A stretch of 53,673 nt of DNA from an uncultured Clostridia bacterium (GCA_944387535.1 CALXFI010000004.1:1-53673), one strand, 5' to 3'; counted from the stretch's first letter, positions 30,707 to 39,923 are shown. Notes: a model not told the origin generated them from the sequence alone. A program made the numbers and translations.

Positions 30707-32231
30707 TTGAGTAGAGGAAGAAGATATGATGATGAGCCCAAATTAAACCTGAAAAAAGTATTTGCAGTAATAATCTTATTTGTTGTAATTATTATGTGTA
30801 TTGTTATGATAAAAGGCATTTTATCTGAAGACAAAGAACGACAAAATGTAACAACAAGTATAGATTATTTTGCAGCATATCAAAATAACAAATGGGGAGT
30901 AATAGATTCTAGCCGGAAATATTGTAATAGACCCATCATATGCCGAAATGATAGTAGTTCCAAATAGTAAAGAAGATGTATTTTTATGCACATTTGATGT
31001 AAACTATGATGATGGTACATATAGCACAAAAGCTTTAAATAGTAAAAACGAAGAAATATTTACAAATTATGAGCAAATAGAAGCAATTTCAAATATGGAT
31101 GAAAATCAAAATTTATCATATGACGGTAAAGTTTTAAGAGTAGAAAATGGTGGAAAATATGGATTAATAAATATGGAAGGAAATGAAGTTCTACCATGTG
31201 AATATGATGCAATTACAGCACTTCAAGGGGTAGAAAATGCACTACTTGTTTCAAAAGATGGTAATTATGGAATAGTAGATGATGAAGGAAAAACATTACT
31301 TCCAACAACTTATGCAGAAATACAAGGCTTAGGAAATAAAACTACAGATGGATTTATAGTAAAAAATACAGATGGAAAATATGGAGTAGTTGATATTTCA
31401 AATGGACAAGTGTTAGCAATGAATTATGATGGAATATTAAAATTGCATCAAGGAGACTATTATGTAGTACTTGAAGGTGGAAAGCAAAAAGTTGTAAAAA
31501 AAGATGGAACTGAAAGTTTAGACGCAAATGGTAATGAAATAACAGCAATTCTAAAAAAACCAGAAGATGGAGTAATCTATAAAGATGGTGAAAAATATGG
31601 TGTTATGAGTTTGTCAGGTGAAAATACTATAGATGCAACATACGATGATTTAAAGGAAGCAAAATCAGGAATATTTATCGCAAAAACAGGAGAAAATTAC
31701 GGAATAATAGACTTATCCGGAAATACATTAGTAGAATTTAAATATAGAGGAGTAAGCTATAACGAAAAAGCGGATTTATATGTAGCAGAGGATGAAAATT
31801 ATAATAATGAAATCTTAAATAGTAATTATGAAGTAAAACTAACAGGAATATTAACAGATTTAGATGATGAGGATGGATATATAGAATTAAGACAAGATGA
31901 TGAATATAAATATTACAATTTTAGATTTGAAGAAGAAAAAGAATCAGATGTGTTTCCATCTAACACATTATTCGTAAGTAAAAAAGATGGAAAATATGGT
32001 TTCGTAGATAAAAATGGAAGTGTAGTAGTAGATTATATATATGATGATGCTACATCGCAAAATGCATTTGGATATGTGGCAATAAAAAAAGACGGAAAAT
32101 GGGGCGCTGTAGATAGAAATGGAAAGGTTGTGCAAGAGCCAACATATGATTTAGAAGATTATTTACAAGTTGACTTCATTGGAAGTTGGTACTTAGGAAA
32201 AGACCTTAATATGAACTATTATAGGAAATAA
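30707..32231 (+). CDS. Membrane-anchored WG-repeat (WG_beta_rep) protein; needs a +1 shift at CGG 30914-30916
   Basis: AAGGAGG RBS before TTG 30707; N-terminal TM; skipping one C restores KWGVIDSSGNIVIDPSY, matching later repeats KYGFVDKNGSVVVDYIY and KWGAVDRNGKVVQEPTY. Confidence 0.85.
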
Positions 32232-32247
32232 ATAAGAGGTGAGAAAA

Positions 32248-33477
32248 ATGGAACTAAAGACAAATTACCAATATACATACTTCATTCATCCATTTGTGAT
32301 AAAGGAAGGAAAATATCAAAAATACATATTAAAAATGTTGAGAGACAAAGAATTTAAACTAAAAACTTTCCAAAAAGAAAAAGATTTTAAAATGTATCAA
32401 TACTTTTTACCAAAAACAAGAGATTTTTTATTCTCAAGTTTTAGTTTTGGAAATAGTAAATTAAAAAAATTAGAAGACTTACCAGATGAAACAAGAGCGG
32501 CCATACTTAGTAAGTATCCTTGTAATATATTTGAATATAGAATAAATAAAGATATACAAGGAAAAGTAGATGATACAAAAGGAATATTCTTTACAATATC
32601 AAAGATAGAAATAGTATGTTTTGAAGCAGGAATATGTTTTTTGGTAATTAAAACAAATGTAGAAGACGATAATAGCTTTTCAAATATATTAAACTTCAAT
32701 TACAAATTTAGAGACATAAATAGTAATGCGGTACTAGATACTTTTGATAATATACGTCTTCAAACAAATAGTTTTGCAAGTAGCGAGACATTTAAGAGTT
32801 TTATAAGAAAAATAACAGGAGCTAATTTAGGAGCAGCAAAACTTGATATTGATACAGAAAGGTTTTTGACATATTCATATGTATGTATAGACCAGGAAGC
32901 TTGGAATAATAAATCTGATTTTGAAAAAATAGCACATTACTATATAAGATTTGCAAATGTATTGCCAGCAGATAATAGTAGAAAATTGGAAGAAGAAAAA
33001 ATAACAACAGTATCAAGTTGGAAGTATGCAAAATTAGCATTAAGTAAATTAGGAGTTATGCTATTTTCATCTAGTGAAGATATGAATAATTATACAATAC
33101 TTCCAGATGAATTTGAAAATCAATATTTGTATACATATATAATTAATTTATATAAGAAAATATATTTAAAAAGAATAGAATTAGAGCTAAAAGATCCAAA
33201 ACAAGTAAAGAAAGCAAGAAAAAAGTTTATAGACTTTACTAAAAATTTATGGATAACAGAAATAACAGATGATGAAACAGGAACAATGTTAAACAATAGG
33301 ATTGCAGAAACATTGGAATTAGAAAGTTTATATAGTCAAGTAAAAAATAAATATGATATATTATATAAGGATTTAAACATAGAAAAAGATAGAACATCAA
33401 CAATCATTATTGGACTAGTACTTGCAGCATCATTAATATTTAATATATTAAATTTTATAGTTTTAATGAGACAGTAG
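32248..33477 (+). CDS. Hypothetical protein with C-terminal TM helix (loosely CorA-like layout)
   Basis: GAGGTG RBS, about 409 aa ORF, single C-terminal hydrophobic helix. Confidence 0.7.
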   Translation: MELKTNYQYTYFIHPFVIKEGKYQKYILKMLRDKEFKLKTFQKEKDFKMYQYFLPKTRDFLFSSFSFGNSKLKKLEDLPDETRAAILSKYPCNIFEYRINKDIQGKVDDTKGIFFTISKIEIVCFEAGICFLVIKTNVEDDNSFSNILNFNYKFRDINSNAVLDTFDNIRLQTNSFASSETFKSFIRKITGANLGAAKLDIDTERFLTYSYVCIDQEAWNNKSDFEKIAHYYIRFANVLPADNSRKLEEEKITTVSSWKYAKLALSKLGVMLFSSSEDMNNYTILPDEFENQYLYTYIINLYKKIYLKRIELELKDPKQVKKARKKFIDFTKNLWITEITDDETGTMLNNRIAETLELESLYSQVKNKYDILYKDLNIEKDRTSTIIIGLVLAASLIFNILNFIVLMRQ

Positions 33478-33504
33478 GGACAGGTCTTTTCTGTCTCATT
33501 TTTT
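33465..33504 (+). terminator. Hairpin with T tract after the hypothetical gene
   Basis: AATGAGACAG...CTGTCTCATT followed by TTTT. Confidence 0.55.
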
Positions 33505-33516
33505 AAGGAGAAAAGA

Positions 33517-33891
33517 ATGAAAATAACTTGTGGAACTGATATTATTGAAATTGGGAGAATTAAAGAAAGTATAGAAAAAACAGGAGAAGCTTTTTTGAAA
33601 AGAGTTTTTACAGAAAATGAAATAAAATATTGTGAAAGTAAGAAAAAACAAAAATACCAACATTATGCAGCAAGATTTGCAGCAAAAGAGGCAGCTTTTA
33701 AAGCGCTTTCTTGGAAAATAGAAGATAAATATTCTGTTTCATGGAAAGACTTTGAAGTAGAAAATGACGAGCAAGGAAGACCTACTTTAAAAATAGTAAG
33801 AATTGATTTAAGTAATATAGAAAATATTGATATTAGTATTTCGCATTGTAAGGAATATGCAGTGGCAAATGTAACAGTTTTGTCAAAATAG
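33517..33891 (+). CDS. acpS: Holo-[acyl-carrier-protein] synthase
   Basis: GTDIIEIGRI, AARFAAKEAAFKA, GRP, ISISH motifs. Confidence 0.95.
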   Translation: MKITCGTDIIEIGRIKESIEKTGEAFLKRVFTENEIKYCESKKKQKYQHYAARFAAKEAAFKALSWKIEDKYSVSWKDFEVENDEQGRPTLKIVRIDLSNIENIDISISHCKEYAVANVTVLSK

Positions 33892-33911
33892 AAAGAAAGG
33901 AATTTTTTACT

Positions 33912-34694
33912 ATGAAATTTTTTGATAACCATGCGCATTTAGATGACGAAAAATTTGATTTAGATAGAGAGGAAATAATAGAAAAAATACATGATGAGGA
34001 TATAGGATTTATTTCAGCAGGGTATAGTTTAGAAGGCTCAAGAAAAGCAATTGAACTTTCTAAAAAATATGATTTTATATATGCAACTTGTGGTATTTCT
34101 CCTAATGATATTCCACAAACTGAAGACGAATTGTGGAAAATGTTAGAGAAAATAGAAGAGTTTGCTAAAGGAAATTCTAAAGTTTTAGCAATAGGAGAAA
34201 TTGGACTAGATTATTATTGGGAAAAAGATGAAAAAATGCGTGAACTTCAAAGAAAAGCTTTTATAGAACAAATAAATATGGCAAATAGATTGGATTTACC
34301 AATAGTAATACATACAAGAGAAGCAGTGATGGATACTTTAAATATATTAAAAGAGAACAACGTAGAAAATAAAGGTGTATTTCATTGTTGCCCATTAAAT
34401 AGAGAGCTTGTAAAAGAAGGATTAAAACTTGGATTTTATATATCATTTGCAGGGCCTGTAACATTTAAGAATTCAAAAAATGCAAATGAAATAATTAAGA
34501 TGGTTCCAAATGATAAAATGCTAATAGAAACAGATAGCCCTTATTTATCACCAGAACCACTAAGAGGAAGAAGAAATGACCCTAGAAATGTTAAATATAT
34601 AGCAAAAAAAATAGCAGAAGAAAAAGGAATATCAGTTGAAGAAGTTTGTAAGATTACATACCAAAATGCAAAGAAAATATATAAGATAAAATAA
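33912..34694 (+). CDS. tatD: TatD-family nuclease
   Basis: DNHAHL, GEIGLDYY, IVIHTREA, ETDSPYLSP motifs. Confidence 0.93.
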   Translation: MKFFDNHAHLDDEKFDLDREEIIEKIHDEDIGFISAGYSLEGSRKAIELSKKYDFIYATCGISPNDIPQTEDELWKMLEKIEEFAKGNSKVLAIGEIGLDYYWEKDEKMRELQRKAFIEQINMANRLDLPIVIHTREAVMDTLNILKENNVENKGVFHCCPLNRELVKEGLKLGFYISFAGPVTFKNSKNANEIIKMVPNDKMLIETDSPYLSPEPLRGRRNDPRNVKYIAKKIAEEKGISVEEVCKITYQNAKKIYKIK

Positions 34695-34772
34695 CATTAG
34701 TTATATTGTAGTAGATTTAGAAATATAATTAAATAGCAAGAATAAATATATTTTGTCTAAACTTGGTAAAAT

Positions 34773-34801
34773 TTGACGAAATTAAATTTTTGTGATAAAA
34801 T
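34773..34801 (+). promoter_or_regulatory. Putative sigma-A promoter
   Basis: TTGACG, 17 bp, TAAAAT with upstream TG. Confidence 0.55.
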
Positions 34802-34828
34802 GTGAAAAAAATAAAGGGGGAAAAGAAT

Positions 34829-35257
34829 ATGTATGGAACAAGATCAATAACAAGTATGTCTAGTGCTGTTGGAAGCACAGTATGGATTATTCTTTCATTA
34901 ATACTTGCAATAGTAGGCGGAATTTTAGTTTATTGTTTATTTTTAAGCAAGAAAAATGAAGGAAAATTCAAAGGATTTTTAGGCTGGTTATATGATTTCT
35001 TATCATTTAAGAAAATGTTCTTAGAAGCATTATTAAAAGTTACATATTTAATTGTTGCAATTTATATAACATTATCATCTTTTGCTTTAATTGGAGAGAG
35101 TTTCTTAGGATTCTTACTTCAATTAATAGTAGGAAATGTAGTTGCAAGAGTTATTTATGAATTTTCTTTAATCTTATTAGTAATTTGTAGAAATACAACA
35201 GAGATTGCTAAAAATACAAAGAAAGTTGAAGAAAAGAAATCAGAAGAAAATAAATAA
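34829..35257 (+). CDS. Hypothetical membrane protein
   Basis: GGGGG RBS before ATG 34829; three to four hydrophobic helices. Confidence 0.75.
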   Translation: MYGTRSITSMSSAVGSTVWIILSLILAIVGGILVYCLFLSKKNEGKFKGFLGWLYDFLSFKKMFLEALLKVTYLIVAIYITLSSFALIGESFLGFLLQLIVGNVVARVIYEFSLILLVICRNTTEIAKNTKKVEEKKSEENK

Positions 35258-35261
35258 ATTA

Positions 35262-35292
35262 TAAAAACTAGTAGTTATGCTACTAGTTTTTA
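35262..35292 (+). terminator. Intrinsic terminator
   Basis: TAAAAACTAGTAG / CTACTAGTTTTTA inverted repeat. Confidence 0.75.
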
Positions 35293-35344
35293 AGTGCCCA
35301 ATTGGGGGAAACATCCATAAAAATTAGAATTAGGGAAGAATTAT

Positions 35345-35992
35345 ATGCAAAGATATATCGATTTTAGAAATAATTTAGATTTAGAAAAATTAAAAGAGCC
35401 ATCAAAAATAATTAAAGACGGTGGAATTGTAATATTTCCTACAGAGACTGTTTATGGGATAGGCACAAATGGCTTTAACGAAAAATCAATTAAAAAAATT
35501 TACGAATTAAAGAAAAGAGATTTTAGCAAGCCAATAAGTTTACTTGTAAGTAATATGAAAATGGTGAAAATGGTGGCTAAAGATATTTCAGATTTGGAAT
35601 ATGCTCTAATGGAGAGATTTTTTCCAGGCCCATTTACAATTATATTGAAAAAGAGAAAAGTTGTACCTGATATTCTTACAGCAAACGGAGATACTGTTGG
35701 TGTTCGTATGCCAAGTGGGGAGATTGCTAAGAAATTAATAGAATATGCAGGAGTACCAATTGCGACTCCTAGTGCAAACATTTCAGGAAAACCTAGTGGA
35801 ACAAATATAAATGATATAGTAAAAGATTTTGAAGGAAAAGTTAATTGTATTATAGATAGTGGAGAAAGTAAATTAGGCATTGCTTCTACAATTGTTAAAG
35901 TGGTTAATGGGGTTCCCAATATTTTAAGAGAAGGTTCTATTACTAAAGAAGAAATACAGAAAGTATCAGACAAATATAGAACGAATTATTAA
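35345..35992 (+). CDS. tsaC: Threonylcarbamoyl-AMP synthase (Sua5/YrdC/TsaC family)
   Basis: FPTETVYG, PGPFTII, TVGVRMP, PSANISG, STIV motifs. Confidence 0.92.
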   Translation: MQRYIDFRNNLDLEKLKEPSKIIKDGGIVIFPTETVYGIGTNGFNEKSIKKIYELKKRDFSKPISLLVSNMKMVKMVAKDISDLEYALMERFFPGPFTIILKKRKVVPDILTANGDTVGVRMPSGEIAKKLIEYAGVPIATPSANISGKPSGTNINDIVKDFEGKVNCIIDSGESKLGIASTIVKVVNGVPNILREGSITKEEIQKVSDKYRTNY

Positions 35993-36001
35993 TTTTTATA
36001 T

Positions 36002-36041
36002 GTGAACTACCCACTACCTAAAGGTAGTGGGTTTTACGCTC
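36002..36041 (-). mobile_element. Isolated IS200/IS605 end hairpin (collapsed element footprint)
   Basis: Minus strand GAGCGTAAAACCCACTACCTTTAGGTAGTGGGTAGTTCAC; near-identical to 53392-53423 and ending in the same GGGTAGTTCAC as 6344-6354. Confidence 0.75.
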
Positions 36042-36083
36042 AATTCTTACAAATTTTATTGTAAAATGTGTCCAAAATGGACA

Positions 36084-36992
36084 TTATTTTAAACTTCTTA
36101 ATGCTGCTATTCGGTCTTCTGTACTTGGGTGTGTTGACCATATACTTGTTGTTCTTCTTTTTCCTTCTTTTGTGTCCTTTTTAAATGGATTTACTATATA
36201 CATATTAGCAGTAGCACTGTTTGCTGTTTCTAATTGGTTAGGGTCATTTTCTAATTTCTCTAATGCAGAAATTAACCCGTCAGGGTTTCTAGTAAATTCT
36301 ACTGCAGTTGCATCAGCTAAAAATTCTCTTTTTCTAGATAAAGCAAGTTGCATTAAAGAACCAAAGATTGGAGATAATATTAAAAAGATTAACCCAATAA
36401 TCATCAAGATACCATTTGCTTTGCTATCGCCGTCATTGTCTCCATCTCTTAATCCACCCCAGAATAATGTTCTAGAGAATAAATCAGCAAGCATTACAAT
36501 AAATCCTACCATAACAGAAACAACACAAGATAGACGAATATCATAATTTTTAATGTGGCTCATTTCATGAGCTATAACGCCTTCTAATTCATAATAGTCT
36601 AACTTTTCTAAAAGACCAGTTGTAACACATATAACAGCATTTTCTGGGTTTCTACCTGTTGCAAATGCATTTGGTTGAGGGTCATCTACAACATATAATC
36701 TAGGTTTATTTGGTAATCCTGATGCTACCATTAAAGCATCTAAAATGTTTACTAATTTTTGATCTTCTTCTTTGGTTGCAGGTCTTGCTCTATTTACTGA
36801 TAAAACTATTTTATCACTATAATAGTAAGAGCCCCATGCAGATGCAATTGAAAATACTAATGCTATTACAATAGAAATGCTACCTAAATTTAGTGCGTTA
36901 CAAATAAAATAAACAATTAAAGTAATTACTACAATAAAAATACCTATTATTACACCTGATTCTATTTTATTTTTCTTTATACTTTGAAACAT
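36084..36992 (-). CDS. htpX: Zinc metalloprotease HtpX (M48)
   Basis: PNAFATG, HEMSH (HExxH), SRKREFLADA, THP motifs. Confidence 0.95.
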   Translation of the reverse strand: MFQSIKKNKIESGVIIGIFIVVITLIVYFICNALNLGSISIVIALVFSIASAWGSYYYSDKIVLSVNRARPATKEEDQKLVNILDALMVASGLPNKPRLYVVDDPQPNAFATGRNPENAVICVTTGLLEKLDYYELEGVIAHEMSHIKNYDIRLSCVVSVMVGFIVMLADLFSRTLFWGGLRDGDNDGDSKANGILMIIGLIFLILSPIFGSLMQLALSRKREFLADATAVEFTRNPDGLISALEKLENDPNQLETANSATANMYIVNPFKKDTKEGKRRTTSIWSTHPSTEDRIAALRSLK

Positions 36993-37015
36993 ATTATTAT
37001 TTACACCTTTCCTTT

Positions 37016-37047
37016 AAAAAAGGAGTGGGAGATAAGCTCCAACTCCT
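37016..37047 (-). terminator. Terminator-like hairpin between lemA and htpX
   Basis: Minus strand AGGAGTTGGAG..CTCCCACTCCT followed by T run. Confidence 0.5.
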
Positions 37048-37052
37048 AAAAT

Positions 37053-37616
37053 TTATTTGTTGCTTCCAAAATCTACTTTAACATTTTTTCTTGCTTCATC
37101 GCTTTCTGCATTAAATAAGTCACGAGCTTTAAATCCAAACATACCTGCGATGATGTTAGAAGGGAATACTTCTAATTTTGTATTGTAGATAGTTACAGAG
37201 TCATTATAAAATTGTCTGGCAAAAGAAATTTTATTTTCTGTATTTCTTAATTCTTCTGATAATTCTGAGAAGTTTTGGTTTGCTTTTAATTGAGGATAAT
37301 TTTCAGAAATAGCCATGATTGTTTTTAATGTATCTGATAATTCATTATCAAGTTGTGCTTTTTCAGAAACAGAACCTGCATTTGCCCAAGAACTTCTAAG
37401 CTCAGCAATCTTTTCAAAAGTTTGACTTTCATGAGTCATGTAACCTTTTACAGTTTCAACAAAGTTTGGAATTAAGTCAAATCTTCTTTGAAGTTGTACG
37501 TCTATTTGGCTCCAAGCATTATCGACTTTTATTCTTGCTTTTACTAAACCATTATATAAAGCGATAACAGCAATAACAAGAATAACTATAATTGCTATAA
37601 CTATTATACCTACCAT
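37053..37616 (-). CDS. lemA: LemA family protein
   Basis: NAWSQIDVQLQRRFDLIPN, ENYPQLKAN, ARQFYND, FPSNIIA motifs. Confidence 0.95.
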   Translation of the reverse strand: MVGIIVIAIIVILVIAVIALYNGLVKARIKVDNAWSQIDVQLQRRFDLIPNFVETVKGYMTHESQTFEKIAELRSSWANAGSVSEKAQLDNELSDTLKTIMAISENYPQLKANQNFSELSEELRNTENKISFARQFYNDSVTIYNTKLEVFPSNIIAGMFGFKARDLFNAESDEARKNVKVDFGSNK

Positions 37617-37852
37617 TTATAAATTCCTCCTATTCTTTATAATATACTGATATAATAACATATTATACATATTTATACAATAAAAATATGGTAAATTTGT
37701 GAAATTAATATGGAAAATTTAGGAATAATTTTTAAAAAATTACATATAATATACTATGCATATTATAAAAGCTTAATTTTAAAGAAAAAGGACAAATTGT
37801 ATAAAAAAATTAAATCCGGAAAGCTCTTCTGCAAGTAAGAATTAGGCAAAAT

Positions 37853-37881
37853 TTGACAAATATCAAAAAAAATAGTATAAT
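37853..37881 (+). promoter_or_regulatory. Consensus sigma-A promoter
   Basis: TTGACA, 17 bp, TATAAT. Confidence 0.75.
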
Positions 37882-37912
37882 TAAGTTGTTGCCAAAAGGA
37901 GGAATTAAATTG

Positions 37913-38857
37913 ATGAAAAAAGAAGAAAACGCTTCGATTTCTATCATGAAAATCATCTGTGTAACAGTTATTCTTATTTTAATATCAGGAATAGGAGTAA
38001 TGGCAGTAAATACAGACTTAAAGGATGTAACAATCATCCTTCAAAATGGATATGAAATGACGGCTTTAACAAGTAAAGCTACAGTTTCAGAAGTTTTAGC
38101 AGAAAATAATATTGTTTTAGAAGATAATCAAAAGACAATACCAGACTTAAATGAAGAAGTATCTTCAGGTCAAAGTATTCAAATAACTGATAAATCATAT
38201 AACGAAGTTCAAATTGCTAAGATTTCAGAAGATGGAGCAAAAACATCTCTAGATCAATTATTAGAGAATTATGCACCAATTACTGAAAAAATAGTTGTTG
38301 AACAAGTTACAATACCTTATGAAACCGTTACAAAAAACACAACTGGAGCAAGTGGGGACACAACTGATAAGGTTTTACAAGAAGGAAAAGATGGTTTAAA
38401 AGAGGTAACATACAAAGTAAAATATCAAAACGATGTTGAAATTGAAAAAACAGTTATTTCTGAAAAAGTAGTTACAGAGCCAGTTAATAAAATTGTTCAA
38501 GTTCAAAAGAAAGCAACATCAAGAGGAACTACGACAACAAGAACAACACTTCCAACATCAACAGCATCAACTAGTGGAGGAACTACTTATAAAATCACAG
38601 CATATTGCCCATGCGCAAAATGTTGTGGAAAAACATCAGGTATGACTGCATCAGGAACAAAAGCAACAGCAGGAAGAACAGTGGCAGCATCTTCAAAATT
38701 TGCTTTTGGTACTAAATTAAACATTGGTGGACATATTTATACAGTAGAAGATAGAGGCGGAGCAGTAACTGGTAACAAAATAGATATATTTGTTAACACA
38801 CACGCAGAAGCACTTGCTTGGGGAGTTAGATATTTAACTGTTTCAGTAGTGCAATAA
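37913..38857 (+). CDS. YabE-like cell-wall protein (DUF348-like, G5 and 3D domains)
   Basis: AAGGAGG RBS before TTG 37910/ATG 37913; QEGKDG G5 segment; TAYC...TASG...VAA...VEDRGGAV.GNKIDIF 3D domain. Confidence 0.85.
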   Translation: MKKEENASISIMKIICVTVILILISGIGVMAVNTDLKDVTIILQNGYEMTALTSKATVSEVLAENNIVLEDNQKTIPDLNEEVSSGQSIQITDKSYNEVQIAKISEDGAKTSLDQLLENYAPITEKIVVEQVTIPYETVTKNTTGASGDTTDKVLQEGKDGLKEVTYKVKYQNDVEIEKTVISEKVVTEPVNKIVQVQKKATSRGTTTTRTTLPTSTASTSGGTTYKITAYCPCAKCCGKTSGMTASGTKATAGRTVAASSKFAFGTKLNIGGHIYTVEDRGGAVTGNKIDIFVNTHAEALAWGVRYLTVSVVQ

Positions 38858-38878
38858 TAATTGAATATGAAATTTATG

Positions 38879-38904
38879 GGGCAGTCGAATTTAGACTGCC
38901 TTTT
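38879..38904 (+). terminator. Intrinsic terminator
   Basis: GGCAGTC / GACTGCC stem plus TTTT. Confidence 0.7.
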
Positions 38905-38978
38905 ACAATAAATAAATTTTAATTTAATTGATATTTTCTTTAATATATTGTAAAATATTAAATACTAAGGAGGAGAAT

Positions 38979-39398
38979 ATGAGTATAAAAAAAGCAGGGA
39001 CAATATTAATTAATTTGGAAAATAGAAAAATAGGATTAGTTTATAGAGAAGATGAAAAAGATTATTCATTTCCCAAAGGACATTTAGAAAAAGGAGAAAC
39101 TCTTTTAGAATGTGCTGTAAGGGAAACTGAAGAAGAAACATTAAGAAAAAACCATTTAATAGATAATAAAGAAATAGGAATTATAAAATATAGCTCACCT
39201 GAAGAAAAAGATGTAGAAGTTTATTACTATTTGGCAATAGATGATGGAAAAACTTCTAGAGATATACCTTTAAAAGACAGAGAAGTGCTTGTATGGAAAA
39301 ATACAGATGAAGTAAATAATATACTTACATATGACAACCTAAAAGAAATATGGGCTAATGTAAAAGATAGGGTAATTGATATTATAAAAAAAGACTAG
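38979..39398 (+). CDS. NUDIX hydrolase
   Basis: AAGGAGG RBS before ATG 38979; PKGHLEKGETLLECAVRETEEET Nudix box. Confidence 0.9.
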   Translation: MSIKKAGTILINLENRKIGLVYREDEKDYSFPKGHLEKGETLLECAVRETEEETLRKNHLIDNKEIGIIKYSSPEEKDVEVYYYLAIDDGKTSRDIPLKDREVLVWKNTDEVNNILTYDNLKEIWANVKDRVIDIIKKD

Positions 39399-39409
39399 GA
39401 GTTGTTTAT

Positions 39410-39913
39410 ATGGAATTAGTAGATAAGTTCAATAAAAGAAGAGAGACATTAAATAAGACAACAGGAAGATATGAAAAGATAAATGGAGAGTATTGCCAGT
39501 ATGTACACACTTGGATAATGAATGATAAAAATGAATTTTTAATTCAAAAAAGAAGTGCAAATAAGAAGATATATCCTAATAAATGGTCTCAAACAGGAGG
39601 AGCCGTAGATAGTGGAGAAACTTCTTTACAAGGAGCTATAAGAGAAGTAAAAGAGGAATTAGGAATTGACATTAATCAAGAAAAAATGGAATTTATGCTT
39701 TCTTTCAAAAGAAAACATGGTTTTGTCGATGTATGGCTTGTAAAACAAAATGTGGATTTAAAAGATGTGGTATTACAAAAAGAAGAAGTTGCAGAAGTAA
39801 AATGGGTAACTAAAGAAGAGTTAGAAAAAATGATAGAAAATGATGAAGTTGCTGGAACTGTGAATATATATTATAAAATGCTTATGTATATAATAGAAAA
39901 TTTTAGTTTATAA
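39410..39913 (+). CDS. NUDIX hydrolase (IPP-isomerase-like subfamily)
   Basis: LIQKRS..K..YP.KW and GGAVDSGETSLQGAIREVKEELGI. Confidence 0.88.
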   Translation: MELVDKFNKRRETLNKTTGRYEKINGEYCQYVHTWIMNDKNEFLIQKRSANKKIYPNKWSQTGGAVDSGETSLQGAIREVKEELGIDINQEKMEFMLSFKRKHGFVDVWLVKQNVDLKDVVLQKEEVAEVKWVTKEELEKMIENDEVAGTVNIYYKMLMYIIENFSL

Positions 39914-39923
39914 GGAGGAAAAA

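Noticed and set aside
3370-32231. Calling mreD, mrdA, spoIIE and the WG-repeat gene pseudogenes or genuine two-gene splits
   Set aside because: Each has a single identical type of lesion, intact motifs on both sides and no further decay. Assembly error remains possible but needs reads to test.
35345-35992. tsaC/sua5 as part of the frameshift system
   Set aside because: t6A synthesis is universal and acts on ANN-decoding tRNAs; nothing links it to CGG sites.
37853-37912. Upstream TTG start given in the ORF track for the G5/3D gene
   Set aside because: That TTG is the -35 box of a consensus promoter; the RBS supports a start at 37910/37913.
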